From the NCBI GenBank assembly GCA_963666275.2, contig CAXXOA010000002.1, positions 1,728,001-1,792,000 of the forward strand: a stretch of 64,000 nt of DNA, written 5' to 3'. Below are positions 20,019 through 29,885 of the stretch, one piece after another. Each line of letters starts with the position of its first letter. Positions within the stretch are counted from its first letter, which is position 1. The notes beneath the pieces are model-generated. The model did not search any database, was not told where the DNA came from, and worked only from the letters and a program-made list of their open reading frames with translations. Both the position numbers and the translations under genes were made by a program. This DNA comes from Oceanispirochaeta sp. Its GTDB lineage: Bacteria > Spirochaetota > Spirochaetia > DSM-2461.

Positions 20019-21400
20019 AGATCTTCGATGGTTCTGTTCAGACTGACAATCAGCCAGTTCCCTTTCTTCTGCTGTTCCAGAACAGCCGTATCTCTGACCC
20101 TGAATCCCCGGGGATAAACTCCCTCAATGCTCTGGTTCTCCTCTTCGGGAACTTCCGGGTACCACTTTTCATAGACTATCTGGTACCGGGTCTCTTCCAG
20201 ACGGGTAATCTGACTGTTTGTGATTCCATAGACTGTGATTCCCGGATCGGGAAGGGGCCGTCCCCGGTCTGTCCACTCCTGAGCGCTCATAAATCCTGTA
20301 GAACCCTCATATCCCTGGCGGACTCTGGTTGTGACAAAAAGATTCATAACCTCCTTGAGATCCTGCCGACCGGCTTTTTTGTCTATACAGTCTTCCATCA
20401 GTTCCTGGTTGAGAGTCTTGAAGGATCCGTAATAGGCTTCCACAACCTCATCCGGAGACATGCCCATGGTTTCCGGAGGAGCCAGCGCCTCCTTGACGGG
20501 AGCTGTGAGGAAGGCAATAAGGATACCGGCAATGATAAAGGCCGTAAGAATGATGGTCCTTTTTCTCCGCCAGAATCCTTTGAGTTCTATCCTGGTTTTC
20601 CGGCGGGATTCCAGTTCCGCCCTCTGTTTTTCAAGAGCTTCCTTTTCCTCCTCTTTCAGAGGAACGAATATCTCATCCTTTTCCCATTGATCCAGATAGG
20701 GGCGCCAGGAAACCAGCCCGGGAGGCTTCTCCCGGGGATCCAGGTTGGCCACCACAAACTCTGAAAACTCTTTTTTCAGACCCGGGGCCCTGAAAAGAGG
20801 GGGGATCACAGGCTGGGTTCTGATCTCCTCGGCCAGTTCGTCTCCCGGAGCACTGTAGGGATTTTCTCCCGTCAGATACCTGTAGGTCAGAACGGCCAGA
20901 GAGAAACTGAGGCCCTCAAGCCCCTGCCTGTCGGGATGGTTGAAAGGGGCCCAGCAGGATTCCTTCACCTCTTCTGTCTGGTTTCTGCGAATAAAGTCCA
21001 TCAGCTCCGGAGGGAGCAGCAGTACTCTCCTGTCCTCAAGGATCATCCATCCCCGGGAAAAGAACCCCTGAACAGGGAGATTCTTCTCCCCCGCCAGGAT
21101 CATGATCCTTCCCAGGAGGATCAGATCCTGAGTTTCAAGGTTTTCAGGCCGGGCTGTTTTACCTTTGACAGGAGGGCCGAAGAAAACCATCTGGCCCTGA
21201 TCCTCCAGAATGCCTTCGAGATTCCAGGGGGTCATCCCTCCTGACAGATCCAGTATCCAGCCCCTGCCGCTCTGGAGCCTGCCGATATCGACCGACCTGA
21301 ATACCCGGGAGCTGAGGCTGCTGGCTATTCCAGTTTTCGTACCCTCCGGTCCGGTCAGTTCTGCCAGACCGTCGGAGAGATAGGTAATTTCATAGTCCAT
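20015..21400 (-). CDS. Membrane-anchored hypothetical protein with a degenerate kinase-like C-lobe
   Basis: SLAVLTYRYLTGENPY…PVIPP…PGL resembles Hanks subdomains IX-XI. One TM helix precedes an extracytoplasmic domain. Confidence 0.65.
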   Translation of the reverse strand: MDYEITYLSDGLAELTGPEGTKTGIASSLSSRVFRSVDIGRLQSGRGWILDLSGGMTPWNLEGILEDQGQMVFFGPPVKGKTARPENLETQDLILLGRIMILAGEKNLPVQGFFSRGWMILEDRRVLLLPPELMDFIRRNQTEEVKESCWAPFNHPDRQGLEGLSFSLAVLTYRYLTGENPYSAPGDELAEEIRTQPVIPPLFRAPGLKKEFSEFVVANLDPREKPPGLVSWRPYLDQWEKDEIFVPLKEEEKEALEKQRAELESRRKTRIELKGFWRRKRTIILTAFIIAGILIAFLTAPVKEALAPPETMGMSPDEVVEAYYGSFKTLNQELMEDCIDKKAGRQDLKEVMNLFVTTRVRQGYEGSTGFMSAQEWTDRGRPLPDPGITVYGITNSQITRLEETRYQIVYEKWYPEVPEEENQSIEGVYPRGFRVRDTAVLEQQKKGNWLIVSLNRTIEDL

Positions 21401-21402
21401 TT

Positions 21403-21948
21403 TTAAAGGTCCTTTTTTTCTGAAATGATAATGGCGGAAAACCGGAAGAGCCTGTACTCTCCCTTTCGCCAGTGGTTCCGGGGAAGCCCCGCTTTCAGGC
21501 AGAGATGATCCATAAACTCCTCCCGCTCCCAGCCCTGCTCCGTGGCCACCTGGGGAAGGAACAGGCCGGAATGAAAGCCCGCGCGGATAAGAGCGCCATG
21601 GACTCCCATTTCAAGTTCATCGGGAGAGTCTATCTCCTCGGGTGGAGTCAGAAGGGAGATCTCCAGATCGATCAGTTCCAGTTCCTCCTGCCCGAGGGGG
21701 GGGAATCGGGGATCCCGGAAGGCGGCCGACCGGGCGGCATCTTCCAGAGTCGTCTCCAGCGGGTCTTCTGCTATGGTATAGCCGATGCAGCCTCTCAGCT
21801 GTCCGGCTTTATGGATTGTCACAAAAGCACCGCAGGGAGGGTAGGAGGAAAAATCCGGTTTCGGGGGAATCTCTTCTCCCAGTGCTCCGGTGATAACCTG
21901 CCGGACCCACTGGAGCATCTGCCGTTTATCCCTGTCTGAAACTGTCAT
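21403..21948 (-). CDS. amrA: AMMECR1-family protein (AmmeMemoRadiSam protein A)
   Basis: GAFVT…LRGCIG, AAFRDPRFPP, FLPQVATEQGW and LCLKAGL motifs. Confidence 0.93.
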   Translation of the reverse strand: MTVSDRDKRQMLQWVRQVITGALGEEIPPKPDFSSYPPCGAFVTIHKAGQLRGCIGYTIAEDPLETTLEDAARSAAFRDPRFPPLGQEELELIDLEISLLTPPEEIDSPDELEMGVHGALIRAGFHSGLFLPQVATEQGWEREEFMDHLCLKAGLPRNHWRKGEYRLFRFSAIIISEKKDL

Positions 21949-22799
21949 GGTGTTTCCTCCTGCGGGGGACCGGGCCAGCTGAAGGCTCCGTAGAAGACGC
22001 CCTTGATGGTTCCGTGATCCTGAACCCTGGAGTTCTGCTGAAACAGAAATCGGGCCTTTCCCGCGAGTGGGCTCATCTCAGAAGCCAGAGTGAGGACCAC
22101 AGAACCGCAGGTGGATATATGCCCCTGTTTCTCCTCTTCCGGTAGGGAGTGTTCCAGAGGAAAGCTCATCATTTTTTTCAGATTATCCCCGTGGGTTTCG
22201 GCTGTTTCCAGAGGCAGGAAATCGCTGAGATTCAGGGTCAGAACCGTCAGAACTCTTCCGGATTCATTCTTTACAGCCTCCTTCAGGAGCTCTGCCGCCT
22301 TCCGGATGGTCTTCCGGTTCAGCTTTCCCGTGAGAATCGGCAGGATCCTGGCATGGGGAAACAGGTGCCGGATATAGGGCAGCTGCACTTCCAGGCTGTG
22401 TTCCTCCCTGTGGGGGATGTCATCCACCCGGAAGGGCCCTTTTTCCGTTATCAGGGCTTTCCGCATTTTTCTGTTCACCTCCACAGGCCCCAGAGGGGTT
22501 TCAAACCAGGACTTTTCCGGTAGGGAGAGGTAGGGATGGGCGGTCTCCCTGTGTACCGGGCCTATGAGGATCACCGTATCCGGCATGGTCCTGCTGCAGG
22601 CGGCAAAACCGGACGCAATGGTATCTCCGCAAACCGAATAGGAGCCGTGGGGAGTCACAATGACCGAGGCATCACCCTGAGTGTGGTCCTTCAGCTTTTC
22701 CGTCAGAAGGTTTTGCAGTTCATCCCGCTCTCCGGGATAGAACAGTCCGCTTACCAGGCAGGGCCTGATCTGTTTCGGGGGAATTCCTTTGTTACTCAT
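21945..22799 (-). CDS. amrB: MEMO1-family protein (AmmeMemoRadiSam protein B)
   Basis: GLFYP, TPHGSY, GPVH, ETPLG and EHSLEVQLPY motifs. Overlaps amrA by 4 bp. Confidence 0.88.
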   Translation of the reverse strand: MSNKGIPPKQIRPCLVSGLFYPGERDELQNLLTEKLKDHTQGDASVIVTPHGSYSVCGDTIASGFAACSRTMPDTVILIGPVHRETAHPYLSLPEKSWFETPLGPVEVNRKMRKALITEKGPFRVDDIPHREEHSLEVQLPYIRHLFPHARILPILTGKLNRKTIRKAAELLKEAVKNESGRVLTVLTLNLSDFLPLETAETHGDNLKKMMSFPLEHSLPEEEKQGHISTCGSVVLTLASEMSPLAGKARFLFQQNSRVQDHGTIKGVFYGAFSWPGPPQEETP

Positions 22800-24190
22800 G
22801 CCAGATCTTCTCTCAGTTTTTTTATTCTTGTTTCATCCAGTTTTATATGGAGATTCTTCTCTTTTGTGGGAAGGACCAGTCCTTTTTTTCCCTCCCGGGG
22901 CCGCCGAAGGTACTTCACCTGAGTGTAATACACATCCGCCTGTCCGGATTTTTTCGCTTTGCTGTAGAAGACAGCCAGGTTTCCTCCGTCCAGCAGAACC
23001 TCCAGGGGAACCGTTTTGTTCCGGGGGGTCCGGATGAAAATATACCCTCCCGGATAATCCCGGGTATGAAGCCAGTAGTCATTGCCCCTCACATGATGGC
23101 GCAGGAGTTCATCATTTTCTCTGGAATTGCGTCCCGCCAGAAGGGTGAAGCCTCCGGAACGGAAAGAGAGTCCAGGCTGGCGGTTCTCTTTGTCCCGGTT
23201 TCCACCGGTACTTTCCCGGGGGATCAGAGCCTCAATTTCTTCCGGATCCGAGGTTTCCTCAAGGATCCGTCTTTTCTGTTCAATCCCTTTCAGTTTGTTT
23301 TCAAGGAGTTCCACTTCCTCCCGGGTCATTGCCCGGCCTCTGGCGGCTTTTCCTGCCTTTTTATAGTAGTCCTGGGCATTTTCAACGGGACTTTTTCTGG
23401 GATCCAGGGGGATCGGATCTCCCTCTCCGTACTCAAAGGAGGTTTCCCCTCTGGACAGAAGGTGGAGGGAACTCATCAGGATATCCCCCCGTTCTCTCAG
23501 CTGATCCTCCCGGCTGTACTCCTCCAGGCGTTTGCGAAGGCCTGTCAGGGAGGACTCATACTGGGATTCCAGAACATCCAGGGCTCGGGAGGCCTTTTTT
23601 TTCAGTTCGCTCAGGTCCCCGTCATTTTCCTGGTCCCTGTAGAATAGATCGAGCCCCTGATTGTAGTTTTCAGACAGCCCCAGGACCTCTTCGTTCAGTG
23701 TGAACACCCTGGACGGGGGCGGGCCTGTCAGCTCCTCGGGGCGGAAAGACTCTCCCGGTACCTCCTTCCGGGCGGGCCGGCGGGAAAAGGCATCCTGTAT
23801 GATGCCCTCGGGGGAACAGAGAACCAGATTGGCCGCTCCTCCCCAGAGACGGATATAGAGAAGGTGCTTTTCCTCTCCTTTGGTCAGGTCCATTCTTATG
23901 ATCCTCTCCCGGCCCAGCTGACGGATCCCTTCCAGACGGCAGCCTTTGATGCGGGACCGCAGGAGGGAGGTAAACCGGGGCGGTCTGGACAGGGAGGGAA
24001 ACTTCTCCCGGGTCTCATGGATCCTCATATTCTTTTTATCCAGACAGATCAGCAGGTTGATGGTCCTGCCGGGACGGTAGAACTCCATTATCAGATGATG
24101 GAAACTTGTCTGCCGTATATTCTGAAGAAAAGCTCCCTCCAGAGGGAGTTCCTCCAGTACTCTGTCAATTTCCACCCAGTTCAGCGACAT
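22796..24190 (-). CDS. rqcH: NFACT/RqcH (FbpA) ribosome quality-control protein
   Basis: NFACT-N region, LDPRKSPVENAQDYYKKA, NFACT-R GRNSRENDEL…WLHTRDYPG…YTQVKYLRRP. Confidence 0.9.
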   Translation of the reverse strand: MSLNWVEIDRVLEELPLEGAFLQNIRQTSFHHLIMEFYRPGRTINLLICLDKKNMRIHETREKFPSLSRPPRFTSLLRSRIKGCRLEGIRQLGRERIIRMDLTKGEEKHLLYIRLWGGAANLVLCSPEGIIQDAFSRRPARKEVPGESFRPEELTGPPPSRVFTLNEEVLGLSENYNQGLDLFYRDQENDGDLSELKKKASRALDVLESQYESSLTGLRKRLEEYSREDQLRERGDILMSSLHLLSRGETSFEYGEGDPIPLDPRKSPVENAQDYYKKAGKAARGRAMTREEVELLENKLKGIEQKRRILEETSDPEEIEALIPRESTGGNRDKENRQPGLSFRSGGFTLLAGRNSRENDELLRHHVRGNDYWLHTRDYPGGYIFIRTPRNKTVPLEVLLDGGNLAVFYSKAKKSGQADVYYTQVKYLRRPREGKKGLVLPTKEKNLHIKLDETRIKKLREDLA

Positions 24191-24193
24191 GAT

Positions 24194-24739
24194 TCAGTAC
24201 TCCTCCCGGGGTATATTCTCTGTGAAAATGTCCCTTCCTCTCGGGGAGAAAAAGACAAGGATGATCTGTTCGGGCAGGGGATGAGCCGCTGTGAATGCTT
24301 TGAGAACATCATACACCACCGGAGCGGCCAGTTCGGGAGGATAGCCGTAGACTCCCGTGGAAATGGCGGGAATGGCAAGGCTTTTCAGTCTTTGTTCAGC
24401 CGCCAGGGCCAGAGAGCTGGTATAGGCGTCCTTCAGCAGCTGTTCCTCTCCCTTATGTCCACCCCGCCAGACCGGGCCGACCGTATGGATCACATGACGG
24501 CAGGGGAGGCGGCCGGCGCCAGTGATGACAGCCTGCCCCGTGGGCAGCCCGGCGGGCCATCGGGTCTCCCTGATTTTCCGGCACTCCTCCAGAAGAGAGG
24601 GGCCGGCGGCGCTGTGGATCGCCCCGTCAACACCGCCCCCTCCCAGGAGAGAGCTGTTTGCGGCATTCACGATTCCCTCGACGGACAGTCCGGTAATATC
24701 CCCGGTTATGATTCTGACTCTGTTTTTGAACAATTCCAT
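24194..24739 (-). CDS. Macrodomain O-acetyl-ADP-ribose deacetylase (YmdB-like)
   Basis: GDIT, IVNAANSSLLGGGGVDGAIH, IHTVGP and AISTGVYGYP motifs. Confidence 0.93.
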   Translation of the reverse strand: MELFKNRVRIITGDITGLSVEGIVNAANSSLLGGGGVDGAIHSAAGPSLLEECRKIRETRWPAGLPTGQAVITGAGRLPCRHVIHTVGPVWRGGHKGEEQLLKDAYTSSLALAAEQRLKSLAIPAISTGVYGYPPELAAPVVYDVLKAFTAAHPLPEQIILVFFSPRGRDIFTENIPREEY

Positions 24740-24757
24740 AGACTCTCCTCTCCGTTC

Positions 24758-25105
24758 TTATAAGAATACACCTGTCAGGAAGGCTCCCGCCAGTAAAATC
24801 CCGCTGAGCAGAGGCAGTCTCCAGGGATGGCTCCTTCTGAGGCTCCTTTTCCGGAAAAGGAACATGAGAAACAGGGGAGAAATTCCCAGAATGACATGGA
24901 GAGGGGGAAAATGCCCTGTTACGCCCGAAGTGATCAGTCCGGTGATCAGAGTTAAAGGCAGAAACAGCTGGGAGAGCTGAAGGATTATGCGGTCTGCCCT
25001 GCGGGGACTTTTATGCTGTTTTATAAGAATGAAGGACCTGATGAGAAAGAGCCCGTGAGAGATTATAAGAATCGATGCGCATATAAGATGAATCATCCTG
25101 TTCAT
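24758..25105 (-). CDS. Small 4-TM membrane protein (weakly SirB2-like)
   Basis: Four hydrophobic segments. Start codon uncertain. Confidence 0.55.
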   Translation of the reverse strand: MNRMIHLICASILIISHGLFLIRSFILIKQHKSPRRADRIILQLSQLFLPLTLITGLITSGVTGHFPPLHVILGISPLFLMFLFRKRSLRRSHPWRLPLLSGILLAGAFLTGVFL

Positions 25106-25200
25106 AGTGATCATACTGTATAGGGAAAAACTGAAAATATCCACTGACTTTTCTTTCCAGAGAAATCCCTGATTTTGAAGGATAAAGATTTACAAATAAA

Positions 25201-28173
25201 ATGGAACTGCTTATGATTAAATTCATGCGGTGTAAAACTCTCTCTCTATATTTCCTTTTCCTCGTCGTTCTGGTGAGCGGGCTGGTTTCCCAGGAGGATT
25301 ACCGGTCCAGGATCGCCATTGTTCCCATGAAAAACGCTACCGGTATGGACCAGTACAATCCTCTGTGCATCACCATTACCGAAACGGTTTCTCTTGTCCT
25401 GGAGTTCCTCAGGGACTACCGGGTGCTGGATGAGCAGGATGCGGATCTGAACAAGCTTGAGAAAGCCGAAGGTCTGGAAGGCCTGAGTGCCGCCGCAAAA
25501 GAGGAGGGAGTCGATGAGATCATCTACGGAGAAGCCACAGTCGAAGACAATATCTTCCGTTTTACCCTTTCCCTCTACAATGTGAATGATCAGGAGATCA
25601 CAAACGAACAGACCGTGGAAGCCTATTCGGTTCTTGAAGTTTTTGACGCGGCCGATGAGCTCACGGAAGGACTGATCGGACAGCTCAGTGATGTCCATAT
25701 CGCCTTCGGATCCATAAAACTGGTTCAGACCGGAGGGAAGGGAAACTACACAGTCAATCTGGACGGCTTCCCCCTGCGAAACCCGGATAAAACATTTCAG
25801 AAAGTTCTGAACGGCCAGTATGAAGTCTCCATAACCCAGGAGCGTCTTACAGGAGTTGAAAGGGTTTTTACAAGTCAGGTGGACGTGGTTGAGGACGAGG
25901 AAACCCTTGTGGAGTTTACGATTCCGCCGGGACTTCCCGCTGAATACGATTGGATGGAGGATCGGGGTTCCGCCCTGCTGGACATGGGTAGGAACGAAGA
26001 GCAGGTGGATGCGTTTCTGCAGGAGATCACTCTTTTTCAGAACCAGACGCTTGCTCTGGAATACGATCCCGATCTGGAAGCCGAAAGAAACGCCTATCTC
26101 GAACAGGCCGGTGAGCGGGCGGCCGGGATACTGCAGGCCAGGATGGAAGAGGCGGATCAGACTTTCTACAGTAAGAAACCCCGGTTTTCCGATTCTCTGG
26201 GCAGATATGAGGATATCTCCCAACTGGTACAGACCGAGTTTGAAGTCGGAATGCTTGAGAACAGCGATGATTTTTCCTTTTCAGAACCCGGTAAAATCAT
26301 CACGGCTCCTTCGGGAATCGTCTATTTCGACAGTATTCAGGACCGGAAGAATATTCTTGCGGGATGGAATCCGGAAAACGATGCGGTGGTGACTAAAGAA
26401 CTTAAAACAGACAGGGAAAATCGCCGCTATCAGGGTGACTTCTCTCTGGACAGAAAAAGGATCTATCTCTGGGAACCCCTTGAAAGCCGGGTGGAAATCC
26501 TGGATGAAAATCTGATTACCCTTCAGTACCTTCCTGTTCCTGCCATGAGCGTGGGACCGGAAAATCTGAAATTGGCTGTCTCTTCAAAAGGACTGGTCTA
26601 TCTGGTGTCCCGGGACCTGGTCCGTGTTGTGGATACCTCCCGTCAGTACGATGATGAGGGGAACCTTCTGCCTCCCGACCGGTATCCTTCCATTGAATCG
26701 GCTATCGAAGGAGTGCTGGAACGGTTTGAGCCTTCGGACCGCCTCTCTGATCTGTTTTTTGATTCCGCCAGGCATCTGAACCTGTTTTTCGCCGGTTCCT
26801 CCTCTCTTGTGATTCTGACCGAGAACGGATCTCTTCTAAATGAAATCCATTTTGAAAGGTGTCTTCCCGAATCCCGGGTGGCTGTGGACAGTTCGGGATA
26901 TTTCTTTGTGTCCCAGCCTGAAAATAACGAAATTGTCAAATATACGCCTCAGGGGGAACTTGTCACCACCTACGGCAGCTACGGTACCGAGGAGGGGCAG
27001 TTTTCCATTCCTCTGGGACTGTCCGTCACCTCTGAGGGGATTATCTTTGTGGCAGATTCCTTCAACGCCAGGATCCAGAGCCTAGATCCTCAGACCCCTC
27101 CGGTTCTCTATCCCGAGATAGCCCGGTACGATGAGGATCTGGACAGAAGGATTGAAAGGACTGAAATTGCTGTTAAAAAAGAGGAAACCGCTAAGAATGA
27201 GATCACCCTGGGTGACCATATCTGGAACTTTGTCGGAACAGGAGCCCTCCTGGCCACCTCGGGATTTCTGGCGGTCAGAGCGGATATTGCCGGTGCCCAG
27301 GCGGCCTATGCCTACGACTTCTATCAGCCTGACTTTTCCACCGAGCCTTCTGTGGTAGCCGATTACAGGGAAAGGGCCGAAGAGGAGCAGCTGGTTCAGC
27401 AGATAGCGGAGATAGGCTCCATGGCAGCTCTGGGAATCGGGGCCAGCCTGCTTACCAATACTCTTCTGGAAATCGGTATGGACTCAACTCTGACGAAATA
27501 CAGCCGCAGGCAGGCTCAGACTCTGGATATGAACCGGGTCTACCAGGTGGATCCCGAGCTCTACAGAAGCATTAGGACCTCAAGCAGAATAGGTATCTGG
27601 ACGGGAATTGTTCCTCCCGTTCTGGGGCTGACAGCAACCATCGGCCTGGCCATCGGGGAAACGAATATTTCTCCCCAGGCTGCTGCTGCCATTACCATCG
27701 CGGGGATAGGGATCCCTCCCATTTTCTCCCATCTCCATGGGGGGCGGTTCAGTGTGGGACTTCTCCTTTCGGGGCTGGCGGCCGATGTCCTCATGGTGGG
27801 GGCTCTGATCAATCTGGATAATCTTATGAATTTTGATCCCTGGGATGCGGAAAAGTACTACTCCTATGAGAGTGACGCAGATCAGGCGGATATTGCCCAG
27901 GGCAATGCGGATTCCTCTTTCATCATGGAACGAATGTTCGACAGGATCGGTGATGTCTCGGCCATGTACCTTTTTATTGCCGCTTACGGGGTAAGACTGA
28001 CCGCCGGGATATTCGATGCCCGGAACGGCTGGACCTATACCAACAATTACAATAGATTCAGAGCTGTCAAACCTGTGGATGAGGCTGAGGAAGTCGCTTC
28101 TGTCGACTGGGGGGTTAGCCCGTTTATGAATAGAAAAGGGAATCTGGGAATGGCTTTAAGCCTCTCTTCCTGA
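25201..28173 (+). CDS. Large exported multidomain protein (TolB/CsgG-like N-terminus, PEGA-like, NHL beta-propeller, C-terminal hydrophobic helices)
   Basis: Signal peptide (true start perhaps 25213 or 25225), RIAIVPMKN, NHL repeat GQFSIPLGLSVTSEGIIFVADSFNARIQ, several Gly/Ala-rich hydrophobic segments. Confidence 0.7.
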   Translation: MELLMIKFMRCKTLSLYFLFLVVLVSGLVSQEDYRSRIAIVPMKNATGMDQYNPLCITITETVSLVLEFLRDYRVLDEQDADLNKLEKAEGLEGLSAAAKEEGVDEIIYGEATVEDNIFRFTLSLYNVNDQEITNEQTVEAYSVLEVFDAADELTEGLIGQLSDVHIAFGSIKLVQTGGKGNYTVNLDGFPLRNPDKTFQKVLNGQYEVSITQERLTGVERVFTSQVDVVEDEETLVEFTIPPGLPAEYDWMEDRGSALLDMGRNEEQVDAFLQEITLFQNQTLALEYDPDLEAERNAYLEQAGERAAGILQARMEEADQTFYSKKPRFSDSLGRYEDISQLVQTEFEVGMLENSDDFSFSEPGKIITAPSGIVYFDSIQDRKNILAGWNPENDAVVTKELKTDRENRRYQGDFSLDRKRIYLWEPLESRVEILDENLITLQYLPVPAMSVGPENLKLAVSSKGLVYLVSRDLVRVVDTSRQYDDEGNLLPPDRYPSIESAIEGVLERFEPSDRLSDLFFDSARHLNLFFAGSSSLVILTENGSLLNEIHFERCLPESRVAVDSSGYFFVSQPENNEIVKYTPQGELVTTYGSYGTEEGQFSIPLGLSVTSEGIIFVADSFNARIQSLDPQTPPVLYPEIARYDEDLDRRIERTEIAVKKEETAKNEITLGDHIWNFVGTGALLATSGFLAVRADIAGAQAAYAYDFYQPDFSTEPSVVADYRERAEEEQLVQQIAEIGSMAALGIGASLLTNTLLEIGMDSTLTKYSRRQAQTLDMNRVYQVDPELYRSIRTSSRIGIWTGIVPPVLGLTATIGLAIGETNISPQAAAAITIAGIGIPPIFSHLHGGRFSVGLLLSGLAADVLMVGALINLDNLMNFDPWDAEKYYSYESDADQADIAQGNADSSFIMERMFDRIGDVSAMYLFIAAYGVRLTAGIFDARNGWTYTNNYNRFRAVKPVDEAEEVASVDWGVSPFMNRKGNLGMALSLSS

Positions 28174-28739
28174 TCCCTTTCCTCCGGAGGAGTCCATCCT
28201 ATAATGGGATAGAGATCCCAGGCCAGGAAGCGTCTCTGATCCAGGATATTTTCCATGGCCCTGTCTTTGAGGGTCCAGTTTATGGTCCTGTTGAAGCGGA
28301 AGCTGTAGTAGGCTCCCTCTCCGATACTCCGTTTCTCTATCTCCAGGATGGCAGGACATATATAGAGGATGCCCGGTTCGATCAGATAGGTGGGAGCCGC
28401 TATGGATCTGTGATCGGTCCAGGTTCCGCTGCCTCTCTTGAAATTGATCACAATCTGATTGTCGAAACTGAATTTCCCCGGTTCAACAGGGATGGCGACA
28501 AAATCATCTCCGGGATGATAGATCAGGTCGTAGGACTCTTTTGTTTCAATATTTCTCAAAACCATCTTTACCGAGACCAGCTGATAGTTTTCGCTTTTCC
28601 TGTCGATGAGGAAGCGGTCCACATCGCCGGACAGGATGAAAAGGCTCTCGGTCGGGCTTCCCGGAAGGGGGAGGGAGGCGCAGGATCCCAGAAGGGTAAA
28701 CAGAATCAGCAGGAAAAAATATTTTACAAAGATTTTCAT
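28047..28739 (-). CDS. Hypothetical lipoprotein
   Basis: Lipobox-like LLGSC after a hydrophobic signal. The 3' end overlaps the convergent gene by 127 bp. Confidence 0.65.
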   Translation of the reverse strand: MKIFVKYFFLLILFTLLGSCASLPLPGSPTESLFILSGDVDRFLIDRKSENYQLVSVKMVLRNIETKESYDLIYHPGDDFVAIPVEPGKFSFDNQIVINFKRGSGTWTDHRSIAAPTYLIEPGILYICPAILEIEKRSIGEGAYYSFRFNRTINWTLKDRAMENILDQRRFLAWDLYPIIGWTPPEERDQEERLKAIPRFPFLFINGLTPQSTEATSSASSTGLTALNLL

Positions 28740-28843
28740 TGTTTTAAGTCCTGTGTCTTTGGTCAGTTACCATTGAGTCTATGGTTCCGTAATTTAATTG
28801 TCTTTTACCAGCCCGGAATTGTCAATCCGGAAATGCCGATCCA

Positions 28844-29749
28844 TCAGGCAGCAGGAAGGGGAATCGTTTCGGCAGACCGTTTTTTCTGACTTAAAAAGAC
28901 CCCTGAAAGTATAAGAGCACAGGCCAGAAGCTGGGGGAGGACAATCTGTTCATTCAGAATGATGACGCTGAAAAAAAGGGAGATCACAGGAATCAGGTTG
29001 ATGAACGCCGAAGAGCGGCTGGCCGGAATCCGGCTTGTCCCGAAATTGAAAAGGCCGTAACCGCCGATGGTAACGATCACTCCCAGATAGACCACAGCCA
29101 GGACTCCCGGAGCGGTCCATACCCGGGGGATCCTTTCCGGCGAAATCAGGACAAAGGGAAGAAAAAACAGAGTCCCTGTGAGGGACTGCATTCCCGTCAG
29201 GAAAAACGAGGAGTAGCGGGATGTCAGTTTTTTCAGTGACAGAGTGTATCCTGCCGCACAGACCATAGCCAGGAATTCAAGGAAATTGCCCAGACCCGGA
29301 TGGGGGGCTTCCGCTGTGGGACGGCCGGCCAGGGTGAGCCAGACAACCCCCGCCATAGCCAGGAGGAAGCCCCCCAGCATAGACCGGTTCAGCCTCTCTT
29401 TCAGAAGAAAATGGGCGGCGATTCCTACCATGAGAGGCATCAGAGATGTGATCATTCCAGCCTGACCTGCTGTTGTCAGTGTGAGAGCTTTCGCTTCGAA
29501 AAGAAAATAGAGGCAGGGTTCAAAAACAGCCATAGCCGCCATAAGAGGCCAGTCCTGTTTTCTGACCCGGGGAATCCCTTTTAGAAGGAGGGGGATGAAG
29601 AAAAGGAGTCCCAGAAACATCCTTCCGAAGATGACAAAAAGGGGATCGAAATCTCTGAAGGCAATTTTCAGAGCCACAAAGGAACTGCCCCAGGCCAGGA
29701 CGGCTCCCATCAGTGCTGCATAGGCTATAGCTGAATGATTTTCTTTCAT
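28844..29749 (-). CDS. DMT/EamA family transporter
   Basis: WGSSFVALK, about ten TM helices, FINLIPV…ILNE. Confidence 0.9.
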   Translation of the reverse strand: MKENHSAIAYAALMGAVLAWGSSFVALKIAFRDFDPLFVIFGRMFLGLLFFIPLLLKGIPRVRKQDWPLMAAMAVFEPCLYFLFEAKALTLTTAGQAGMITSLMPLMVGIAAHFLLKERLNRSMLGGFLLAMAGVVWLTLAGRPTAEAPHPGLGNFLEFLAMVCAAGYTLSLKKLTSRYSSFFLTGMQSLTGTLFFLPFVLISPERIPRVWTAPGVLAVVYLGVIVTIGGYGLFNFGTSRIPASRSSAFINLIPVISLFFSVIILNEQIVLPQLLACALILSGVFLSQKKRSAETIPLPAA

Positions 29750-29885
29750 TTTCAGAATATGGCATAAAAAGCATATTCCCGTAACCAGCCAGGGCAGTTC
29801 TCCTGAAATCTTTTCTGATTTTTCGGCTTGCGGAACCCTGCGGGGGAAGAGTATCTTAAAAGAAGTTCCCGGGAGAAACAGGTAT

